From: an uncultured Candidatus Cloacimonadota bacterium
GTDB lineage: Bacteria; Cloacimonadota; Cloacimonadia; Cloacimonadales; Cloacimonadaceae
Direction of reading: 5' to 3'
DNA: 57,454 bases
NCBI GenBank assembly: GCA_964550575.1
Contig: CAZKAA010000001.1
Span: forward strand, 1 to 57,454
The notes beneath the pieces are model-generated. The model saw only the letters and a list, made by a program, of their open reading frames with translations. It did no database searches and was not told where the DNA came from. This document shows positions 33,270 through 41,083 of this stretch, one piece after another. The first letter of the stretch is position 1. Every line of letters starts with the position of its first letter. A program made the translations under genes and the position numbers.

Positions 33270-34228
33270 TCCGCCATCCTGGCAGCCCCATCCTCACCAG
33301 GGCGGATATTCCAGTCTCGGGCCTACTGCCGCGCGACGTTTCCTCCGTCTTCAACCCAGGCGGGATAATGATCGGCGGGGAGTATGTCCTCCTTTTGCGC
33401 GTCCAGGACCGCGGCCGCCGCACCCTGTTCGTCCGCGCAGCCTCAGCCGACGGAATCGCCTTCCGGGTGGATTCCCAACCTGTAGCGATCAGCGGCATGG
33501 AGGACTTCCCCTATGAACTTTATCACCTCTACGATCCCCGCGTCACCCGTTTGGATGGCCGCTATTTCGTTACCTGCGCGGCGGACTGCTCCCCGGGCTG
33601 CCGGATCGCCCTGTTTGAGACCCAGGACTGCCGCAGCCTGAAGTATCTGGGCTTGCTATCCGATCTGGACCTGCGCAACGCCGTCCTTTTTCCTGAGAGA
33701 ATAGGCGGCAAATATATGCTCTTTGCCCGTCCCAACGACTATGTGAGCGCGGACGGAGTCCGCTCCGGCGCCACGATCGTCTGCTATTCCTCGCCGGATC
33801 TGCGTCAGTGGGAGCCGGTCGCCCCCGTCCTCAGCGGCAGGCCGCATTATTGGGATGAACTGCTCGGTTCCGGCCCGCCCCCGCTCAAGACCTCCGAAGG
33901 CTGGCTGCACATCTATCACGGCGTGGCGACCCACTTCGCCAGCGTAAACATCTATCAGGCAGGGATTTCCCTCCACGATCTCCACTGGCCCTGGGAAGTT
34001 CTCGCCCGCGGAGCGCAGAACATCCTTGAGCCCCGCGAAACCTGGGAACTAACCGGACAGGTGCCCAACGTGGTCTTCCCCTCCGCCGCCATCCCGGAAC
34101 GAATGGAACCCGACGGAACTATCCTGCCCGACACCAGGATCTTCATCTATTACGGAGCAGCGGATACCTGCGTCGGCCTTGCCACCGCCACCGCCGCCGA
34201 ACTGCTTGCCGCCTGCCGCGAACTTTGA
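33266..34228 (+). CDS. GH130 beta-mannoside phosphorylase/hydrolase
   Basis: VFNPG, YDPRVT, RNAVLFPE, IYHGV, VPNVVFP, YYGAADT; ATGA overlap. Confidence 0.9.
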   Translation: MIRHPGSPILTRADIPVSGLLPRDVSSVFNPGGIMIGGEYVLLLRVQDRGRRTLFVRAASADGIAFRVDSQPVAISGMEDFPYELYHLYDPRVTRLDGRYFVTCAADCSPGCRIALFETQDCRSLKYLGLLSDLDLRNAVLFPERIGGKYMLFARPNDYVSADGVRSGATIVCYSSPDLRQWEPVAPVLSGRPHYWDELLGSGPPPLKTSEGWLHIYHGVATHFASVNIYQAGISLHDLHWPWEVLARGAQNILEPRETWELTGQVPNVVFPSAAIPERMEPDGTILPDTRIFIYYGAADTCVGLATATAAELLAACREL

Positions 34229-34236
34229 GGAGTGCC

Positions 34237-35307
34237 ATGAAACGCATCTTGGTTTTTGTGATATCACTGGCTTGCGCCACCCTCGCCGCCGATACCTTTC
34301 CCGTGCCTGTGGGCGAGTTCAACCCACGCTCCTACACTGCGTTCCGCGTCGTGGAAGGCGTCTCTGTGGACGGCAGCCTGGACGAACCTGACTGGCAGTT
34401 GACCCTGCCGACAGAACTTTTCACCGATATCGAAGGCGAATTGAAGACAGCCCCGTATCTGGATACCTGGGCGAAAATGCTCTGGGACGATTCCGGCCTC
34501 TACATCGCCGCCGAACTCATGGAACCCCACATCTGGGCAAGCCTGACCGAGCGTGACGCGGTCATTTTTTATGACAACGACTTCGAGGTTTTCCTCGATC
34601 CCGACGGCGACACCCACGAGTATTACGAACTGGAGATCAACGCTTTGGGCACGCTTTGGGACCTTTTTATCCTCAAACCCTACCGCGACGCCCACACCTC
34701 CCTCAACGGATGGGACATCAAAGGCGCTCGGTTCGCCATCGGCATCGACGGAACCCTCAACGATCCCAATGATCTCGACCGCTGCTGGCGCGTGGAAATG
34801 TTCCTTCCCTGGTCCGCCTTTGCCGAGTTTGCCCACGTGCCCTGCCCTCCGGTTGCCGGTGACTTCTGGCGGCTCAACTTCTCCCGCGTGCAGTGGGAAA
34901 CCCAATGGCTGGACGGAAAATACGCCAAGATCACCGGACTGCCTGAGCACAACTGGGTCTGGAGCCCGCAGGGCCTGATCGCCATGCACTATCCGGAGCG
35001 CTGGGGCTATGTGCTTTTCTCCGCCGAGCCTGCCGGCTCAGACGATCCGGGCTTCGCGTTGCCGGAAGAGGAACTGGCAAAGGAGTATCTGCGCCAAGTT
35101 TACTACCTGCAAAAGCAATACTTTATGGACCACGGACGCTGGGCGAAATCGCTGCGCCAACTCGGAGCGAAGCCCTATCTGCGCGGCGGTAAAAAGATCA
35201 AGCCCCTTCTGGAAGCCACTTCCGCCGGTTTTAACCTCACCCTTCCCGGCAGGAACGATGCCCCCGGCTGGATCATCCGCGAAGACGGCCTGATCTGGAG
35301 CAGGTGA
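34237..35307 (+). CDS. Secreted CBM9-like sugar-binding domain protein
   Basis: Signal peptide; VDGSLDEPDW, KMLWDD..LYIAA, DNDFEVFLDPDG, YELEINA, WRLNFSR, MHYPERWG. Confidence 0.85.
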   Translation: MKRILVFVISLACATLAADTFPVPVGEFNPRSYTAFRVVEGVSVDGSLDEPDWQLTLPTELFTDIEGELKTAPYLDTWAKMLWDDSGLYIAAELMEPHIWASLTERDAVIFYDNDFEVFLDPDGDTHEYYELEINALGTLWDLFILKPYRDAHTSLNGWDIKGARFAIGIDGTLNDPNDLDRCWRVEMFLPWSAFAEFAHVPCPPVAGDFWRLNFSRVQWETQWLDGKYAKITGLPEHNWVWSPQGLIAMHYPERWGYVLFSAEPAGSDDPGFALPEEELAKEYLRQVYYLQKQYFMDHGRWAKSLRQLGAKPYLRGGKKIKPLLEATSAGFNLTLPGRNDAPGWIIREDGLIWSR

Positions 35308-35346
35308 GACAGCCTTAACCCGCGCGATCCTCTCACCCCTTTCTTT

Positions 35347-35437
35347 CCACCGCTCTTCCGTCCTTTTTCCTGACCCGGAATCCACCCGCTATCCTCCGCG
35401 TTACCACCCCGTCGCGCACCGGGAGGTGACCGGGAGG
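35347..35437. repeat. 11-bp-phased inverted-repeat element, GC class, copy 3 (reverse orientation relative to copy 2)
   Basis: CCACCC 35382, CCTCCG 35393, CCACCC 35404; 11-nt gap; GGGAGG 35421 and 35432. The reverse complement shares CCTCCCGGTGCGCGAC(A/G)GGGTGG with 23919-23941. Confidence 0.8.
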
Positions 35438-35588
35438 CTTCTTCGCGGCGTCCCGCTCTGAGATAAGGGCGGCCTCATCCGGAGGCGATCGGCGCGGGAG
35501 GCGTTTTTGCTCTTGACAAGCCATCAGATTCCGCCAAGGATGCTTGCGACGGTCGGAATATCCAGAGGCCGGAGCAAGGAGACATAAC

Positions 35589-37709
35589 ATGGACGATATA
35601 AAGGGAATACGCACGCCACTGCTCCACGATAGCGATCCCCAACGCCTGCGGGATTCTGTGCGGCGCTACTTTCACCAGACATACAGCATCCACGAGAAAC
35701 TCTACGATACCCTGGCCGACGACGATGCCTTCTATCTGCGCGCCGATCCCCTGCGCCATCCTCTGGTCTTCTATCTGGGGCACACCGCCGCTTTTTTCAT
35801 CAACAAGCTTATCATCGGCAGGGTGATCAGCGAGCGCGTAAACCCGGAGTTCGAGTCCATGTTCGCCATCGGCGTGGACGAAATGAGTTGGGACGACCTC
35901 AACGAAGCGCACTACAACTGGCCCGCGATATCCAAGGTGCGCGAGTACCGCGATCAGGTGCGTGAGAAGGTTGACCGCCTGATCTTGGAACTGCCCCTGG
36001 ACGAGCGCGGGATCACGTGGAATAGCCCTTGGTGGGCGATCGTGATGGGCTGCGAACACGAGCGCATCCATCTGGAAACCTCATCCGTGCTGATTCGCCA
36101 GCTTCCCCTGGAGCGCGTGCGCGTGCTGGATTTCTGGCCGGTCTGCCCGGAAAGCGGTTCCGCTCCGGATAACGAACTGCTCCCCGTGCAGGGTGGCAGG
36201 GTCGTGCTGGGGCGGGACGACAGCAATCCCCTCTACGGCTGGGACAACGAATATGGGCACAAGGAATGCGTGGTCGAAGACTTCCGCGCATCTCGCTATC
36301 TCTGCTCTAATCGGGAGTTTATGTCCTTCATCGAGGACGGTGGCTACGCCAGAAGGGAGTTCTGGACGGAGGAAGGCTGGGCGTGGAAAACCTATCAGCA
36401 GGCGGAAATGCCCCGTTTCTGGCGCCGCAGGGCGGATGGCTCCCATACCCTTCGGTTGATGGCTTGCGAGGTTCCCCTGCCCTGGAACTGGCCGGTTGAG
36501 GTCAACTATCTGGAAGCCAGAGCCTTCTGCAACTGGCTCGCCGCCAGAACCGGCAAGCCCATCCGCCTGCCCAGCGAAGAAGAATGGATGCTCCTGCGGG
36601 ACAGCGTGCTGGATACCGACCAGCCCTATTGGGATCGCGCTCCGGGCAACATCAACCTGGAATGGTGGGCGTCCTCCTGCCCGGTGGACAGGTTTTCCCA
36701 AGGGGGATTCTGCGATGTGATCGGCAACGTCTGGCAATGGACCGAGACTCCGATCCACCCCTATCCCGGCTTCAAGATACATCCCATCTACGACGATTTC
36801 ACGGTGCCGACCTTCGACGGCAAGCACAACCTGATCAAAGGCGGCTCCTGGATCTCCACCGGCAACGAGGCTCTGCGGAACTCACGCTACGCCTTCCGCC
36901 GCCATTTCTACCAGCATGCCGGATTCCGCTATGTGGAAAGCGCGGCGGCGGTCTGCAGCGTGGCGGAACCCTATGAGTCCGATCCCGCGATCATCCCCTG
37001 GTGCGAGGCAAACTGGGGCGATAATCCGCTGGGAGGCAAAAACTTCTCCGTCCAGCTCGCGGACGCCCTGCTGCCCCATCTCTCCGCCAGGCCGGAAGGC
37101 AAGGTGCTCCACCTCGGGTGCAAAACAGGGCGCGGAACATTCGAACTCGCTGCCCGGCTGGGAGTTCCGGTCACGGGCATTGACTTCACCACCCGCCTCA
37201 TCCGGCTCGCCCAGCAGATGAAGGAACAGGGCCTGATCCGCTATGTGCGCAACGAAGAGGGCGAAATCCAGAGCTACCGCGAGTTGCATCTGGCGGATTT
37301 CGGGCTCTCCGATGCCGCGGGCAGCGTCGAATTCTGGCAGGGGGACGTCTCCAACCTGCCGGAAAAGTTCGCCGGCTACGGGCTTGTTATCGCGGAGAAC
37401 GCCGTCGGAGGCGCGATCGACCCCCAGCGCTTTTTGCACAACATCCACAGCCGCATGAATCCCCTGGGAATCCTTGTGGTGGCGGACGCTTTCGATTACG
37501 ATCCCGAGGTTACCCTGCCGGAAAACCGCGTGGGAGGTTTCCGCAAGGACGGGGAACCCTTCAGTTCCTCCGAAGGCCTGCGCGAAATCCTGCTACCCCG
37601 CTTCGAGCCGGTCTCCGAACTGCCCGGCATCTGGCAGACGCTGCCCCTGGACGCGAACAAGTTCAAGCTGCGCCTGGTGCATGTTTCGGTTTGGCGGTTG
37701 CGCGGCTGA
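35589..37709 (+). CDS. ovoA: 5-histidylcysteine sulfoxide synthase (DinB_2, FGE-sulfatase and methyltransferase-like domains)
   Basis: RHPLVFYLGHT, GVDEMSWDD, iron motif HERIHLE, YGWDNEYG, GNVWQW, HPIYDDF, RYAFRRHFYQHAGFRY, C-terminal class I MTase fold; AAGGAG RBS. Confidence 0.92.
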   Translation: MDDIKGIRTPLLHDSDPQRLRDSVRRYFHQTYSIHEKLYDTLADDDAFYLRADPLRHPLVFYLGHTAAFFINKLIIGRVISERVNPEFESMFAIGVDEMSWDDLNEAHYNWPAISKVREYRDQVREKVDRLILELPLDERGITWNSPWWAIVMGCEHERIHLETSSVLIRQLPLERVRVLDFWPVCPESGSAPDNELLPVQGGRVVLGRDDSNPLYGWDNEYGHKECVVEDFRASRYLCSNREFMSFIEDGGYARREFWTEEGWAWKTYQQAEMPRFWRRRADGSHTLRLMACEVPLPWNWPVEVNYLEARAFCNWLAARTGKPIRLPSEEEWMLLRDSVLDTDQPYWDRAPGNINLEWWASSCPVDRFSQGGFCDVIGNVWQWTETPIHPYPGFKIHPIYDDFTVPTFDGKHNLIKGGSWISTGNEALRNSRYAFRRHFYQHAGFRYVESAAAVCSVAEPYESDPAIIPWCEANWGDNPLGGKNFSVQLADALLPHLSARPEGKVLHLGCKTGRGTFELAARLGVPVTGIDFTTRLIRLAQQMKEQGLIRYVRNEEGEIQSYRELHLADFGLSDAAGSVEFWQGDVSNLPEKFAGYGLVIAENAVGGAIDPQRFLHNIHSRMNPLGILVVADAFDYDPEVTLPENRVGGFRKDGEPFSSSEGLREILLPRFEPVSELPGIWQTLPLDANKFKLRLVHVSVWRLRG

Positions 37710-37711
37710 TG

Positions 37712-37729
37712 TTCATAACACATTATGAA
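37712..37729. promoter_or_regulatory. Operator-like palindrome
   Basis: TTCATAA-CACA-TTATGAA in the AT-rich 50-nt gap before the DUF362 gene. Confidence 0.45.
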
Positions 37730-37759
37730 TGAATATGATTGCAAGTATTGGAGAGGTCC

Positions 37760-38839
37760 ATGAAACTGCATAAGCTGATTTTTCTCGCGATGTGCCTCGG
37801 CGCGTTCAGTTCCTGCCGGGCTCAGGTCGAGAGCCAGCCTGGCCCGGGTGCTTCCAAGGTCTACTTCATCAAGGAGATAAGTCCCGCTGCTGTTCAGAGG
37901 ATCTACTCCTTTCTGGAATCCAAGCCCACAGGCAAAGTCGCAATCAAGGTCCATTTCGGAGAGGAGGGAAACCAAAACTTCCTGCCCGCGGCCTTGGTTG
38001 AAGGACTGTGCAAAGAACTCGGTGCCACCCTGGTCGAAACAAACGTTCTCTATGGCGGCGCACGCGGCAGCACGGACTCCCATATCGCTCTTGCCAGAAG
38101 GCACGGGTTCACTTTCGCCCCGATCGATATTCTGGATTCCGAAGGCAACATCTCCTTCGACTGCGACCTCAAGCACTTCAGCAAAGTCTATACCGGCAGC
38201 CACTTTAACGACTATGACGGCTATGTGATTTTCTCCCATTTCAAGGGCCACGGCTCAGCCGGTTTCGGCGGCGCGATCAAAAACATCTCCATGGGCCTGG
38301 CGAGCAAAGAGGGAAAACGCTTTCTCCACCGCGGTGATTATCCGGTCTATGACGGCTCCAAGTGCATCCAATGCAACCTCTGCGTCACATCCTGCCCGGA
38401 ACAGGCAATCACCATCGATCCGGTCAACATCGACCACCTGAAATGCACTGCCTGCGGAAAGTGTGTCTCTGTGTGCCCGGAAGGTGTTTTCGAAACCCCT
38501 GAGAACGGAAAGCAGGACTTCCTGGAGCGCTTGACGGAATATGCCTATGTCCTGACCCGGCAGAAGCCGATGGTCTATATCAACGTCCTGGCAAACATCA
38601 GCCCGGACTGCGACTGCTTTTCGCGCGCCGCCAAACCCTTCATCCCGGATATCGGCATTCTTGCTTCCACGGATATCGTCGCGCTCGAAAAAGCCAGCCA
38701 CGACCTCGTGGACAAGGCTCACACATGCGATGACGCCTTCCTCAAGGTCAATTCCGTCTCCGGCAAACGACAGATCACCTACGCCGCAGAACTGAAGATG
38801 GGCAGCACCGATTACGAATTGGTGGACATCGGTCAATAG
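37760..38839 (+). CDS. DUF362 protein with a 2x[4Fe-4S] ferredoxin domain and an N-terminal export signal
   Basis: VAIKVHFGEEGN, SHFKGHG..GFGGAIKN, CIQCNLCVTSCP and CTACGKCVSVCP, PDCDC, DIGILASTD.VA; hydrophobic N-terminus. Confidence 0.88.
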   Translation: MKLHKLIFLAMCLGAFSSCRAQVESQPGPGASKVYFIKEISPAAVQRIYSFLESKPTGKVAIKVHFGEEGNQNFLPAALVEGLCKELGATLVETNVLYGGARGSTDSHIALARRHGFTFAPIDILDSEGNISFDCDLKHFSKVYTGSHFNDYDGYVIFSHFKGHGSAGFGGAIKNISMGLASKEGKRFLHRGDYPVYDGSKCIQCNLCVTSCPEQAITIDPVNIDHLKCTACGKCVSVCPEGVFETPENGKQDFLERLTEYAYVLTRQKPMVYINVLANISPDCDCFSRAAKPFIPDIGILASTDIVALEKASHDLVDKAHTCDDAFLKVNSVSGKRQITYAAELKMGSTDYELVDIGQ

Positions 38840-38847
38840 GTGATAAC

Positions 38848-40869
38848 ATGTTGCCCAAGAAAGGAATACCGATGTATGGAGCAAACGGCACGTTAATTAA
38901 ACTGCTAGCTATATTGTTTGCCCTGGCAGTGGGGAACCTCGGCGCCGAAATCGTGCAGATCGGAATCGGCAGCCTTACCAACCAAAGCCTGCCCATTGAG
39001 TCTGCCGCCAGCTACAGCTACACCCAGCAGATCTATTATGCCACAGAGATCGAGTATCTCGGCTACGTCACGGCTATCTCTTTGCAATACCATGTAATAG
39101 GCAACCTGTTCGCCCAAAACAACAACACCTGGAAGGTCTGGCTGGGGCTCACGGAGCGGGATTATCTGGACGGCTGGGTTCCCCTGGACAGCCTGACCCT
39201 GGTTTGGGACGGAGTCCTGGCTGCGGACCAGTTTTCCGGCGGTCTTCCGGGCGACGGATGGCTGACCATCCCCCTGAACGAACCGTTCTTCTACGACTCG
39301 GTCTCCAACCTCCTGCTCGCCGTTGATGAGAACAGCCCCGGCTCCTCCTCCACGGGAGACGAGTTTCTCTGTTCCGCGACCTCGGTTCAGCGCGGCATTC
39401 TGCATTACAGCATGACCGATAACCCGGACCCCGCTGCTCCTCCGCTGACGGACATCTGGTTTCGCAATTCCTTTCCCAACCTGCGTTTGCACATGAATGT
39501 CTTCAGTTATATCCCCGGCCTGCCCGTCCCCACGGATGGCGCGACGGGTGTTTCTTCCTCCACAAACCTGCAATGGCAGAGCGACGCTGAGACCTTCGAC
39601 CTCTGGCTGGGAACCTCGCCCGCCACGTTGCAACTGCTATCCGCGGGTCAAGCTCAGAGTTTCTGGATTCCCACCGAGCCCTGGCAGACGCTGCAAACCT
39701 ATTATTGGCAAGTGATTGCGCACTCGCAAGGCGACGACTATCCCGGCCCGGTCTGGAACTTCACCATCGCCGGGGAGGGCATCGGACCGCCCCAAAACCT
39801 AAGCGCCTATTACGTTACCGATCATGTGAATTTGTCCTGGGAACTCCCTGAACTCGGCAACCCCACCCTCTACAGGGTTTATCGCAACAGCCTCTTCCTC
39901 GCCGCGCTTAACAGCCTCACCTATCAGGACTTCGAAGTTTCCCCGGGTCAGATACATTACTACTTCGTCAAAGCGGAGAACCAGCTCGGAGAACTCTCCG
40001 ACCCCTCCAACACAGTCACGGTCCACATCCCGGACGACATCCCGGATCTCATTCTGCAGGAAGGATTTGAAACCTGCTCCGCCTTTTCCGCGGAGATCCC
40101 CGGTTGGACCATCCTGGACCTCGACTCCGCCCCGACCTGGACCTGGGCGATGGCGGACTTTCCCGGCGAAGGCTCTCCGCAGGGCTGGATATCCTTTTTC
40201 CCCAACCAGATAACGCCTCCCGTCGCTGGTCTGGAACCCCATTCCGGCGCCGGTATGCTCGCCTCGCTCAGCGCCACCCAGCCCCCCAACGACGACTGGC
40301 TGATCTCACCGCAAATCCATCTCGGGTCTGGCGGAACCTTGTCCTTCTGGGCGAGGTCACACACCGCGTCCTACGGGCTGGAGCGCTTGCGCGCGCTGGT
40401 CTCAACCACCGGCGCGGACCCCGCCGGCTTCATACCCCTGAGCGCGGAACCCTGGATCCAGGTGCCTGCCCAGTGGACCCAGTATGCCTTCGACCTTTCC
40501 GCTTTCTCTGGACAAAGCGTCCGCCTCGCGTTGCAGAGCGTATCCTGGGACGCCTTCGCGCTCTATGTGGACGACATCGCGATTCAGGGCCAGGGCGGAT
40601 ATGTCTCTGTCGCGGAAGATATTGCGCCGCTGCCCCGCTTCTGTGTCCATCCCAATCCCTGCAGCGGGAACTTCGAAGTCTCCGCCGATGATAAAGCGCC
40701 GTTCGGCATATCTCTTTACGACTTGCGCGGCCGCAAGCTGCTCGAAGCCGACGCGCGGGGCGAATTCCGCTCGATTGAGCATCTTCCGGGCCTTGCCTCC
40801 GGAGTCTATCTGCTTCGCCTGTATAGCAATGGCCGCTTGGTTTACCGCCGTCTGGCTGTGATAAAATGA
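38848..40869 (+). CDS. Secreted Fn3 and cleaved-adhesin (choice-of-anchor J) protein with a T9SS-type-A-like C-terminal domain
   Basis: Signal peptide; YSYTQQIY; YYWQV; PPQNL..W..Y; EGFE..NDDWLISP..YGLER; C-terminal PNP..YDLRGR..LASGVYLLRL. Start could be 38872. Confidence 0.85.
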   Translation: MLPKKGIPMYGANGTLIKLLAILFALAVGNLGAEIVQIGIGSLTNQSLPIESAASYSYTQQIYYATEIEYLGYVTAISLQYHVIGNLFAQNNNTWKVWLGLTERDYLDGWVPLDSLTLVWDGVLAADQFSGGLPGDGWLTIPLNEPFFYDSVSNLLLAVDENSPGSSSTGDEFLCSATSVQRGILHYSMTDNPDPAAPPLTDIWFRNSFPNLRLHMNVFSYIPGLPVPTDGATGVSSSTNLQWQSDAETFDLWLGTSPATLQLLSAGQAQSFWIPTEPWQTLQTYYWQVIAHSQGDDYPGPVWNFTIAGEGIGPPQNLSAYYVTDHVNLSWELPELGNPTLYRVYRNSLFLAALNSLTYQDFEVSPGQIHYYFVKAENQLGELSDPSNTVTVHIPDDIPDLILQEGFETCSAFSAEIPGWTILDLDSAPTWTWAMADFPGEGSPQGWISFFPNQITPPVAGLEPHSGAGMLASLSATQPPNDDWLISPQIHLGSGGTLSFWARSHTASYGLERLRALVSTTGADPAGFIPLSAEPWIQVPAQWTQYAFDLSAFSGQSVRLALQSVSWDAFALYVDDIAIQGQGGYVSVAEDIAPLPRFCVHPNPCSGNFEVSADDKAPFGISLYDLRGRKLLEADARGEFRSIEHLPGLASGVYLLRLYSNGRLVYRRLAVIK

Positions 40870-40942
40870 TCATGATCCCCGATCCCTCGCGAGAGGACAA
40901 TAGCCTTGAAAAATCAAACGCATCTTACCCCGCCCCTGCTGT

Positions 40943-41031
40943 CATCTCTTAATCACTTCTTAATCACTAGTTAATCACTTCTTAATAATTAAGGCTTGAT
41001 TAAGAAGTGATTAAGAAGTGATTAAGAGATG
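40943..41031. repeat. 89-bp palindrome built from 4+4 units at 11-bp period (AT class)
   Basis: (C/G)TTAAT at 40948, 40959, 40970, 40981; centre 40987; ATTAAG at 40988, 40999, 41010, 41021; 39 of 44 positions symmetric. Confidence 0.95.
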
Positions 41032-41083
41032 CAAACAGGAAAGGACTGATAAGCAATATGATTATGAAGATGGAGAAGAAGCG

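Noticed and set aside
35589-37709. Alternative calls EgtB, selenoneine/ovoselenol synthase, or a DGR target (FGE/CLec fold)
   Set aside because: The motifs and C-terminal MTase fold match OvoA. There are no selenium-pathway neighbours, no reverse transcriptase and no template repeat that I could see.
41018-41083. Longer helicase N-terminus given by the ORF track
   Set aside because: That start lies inside the palindrome. GTG at 41084 has a GGAG RBS.
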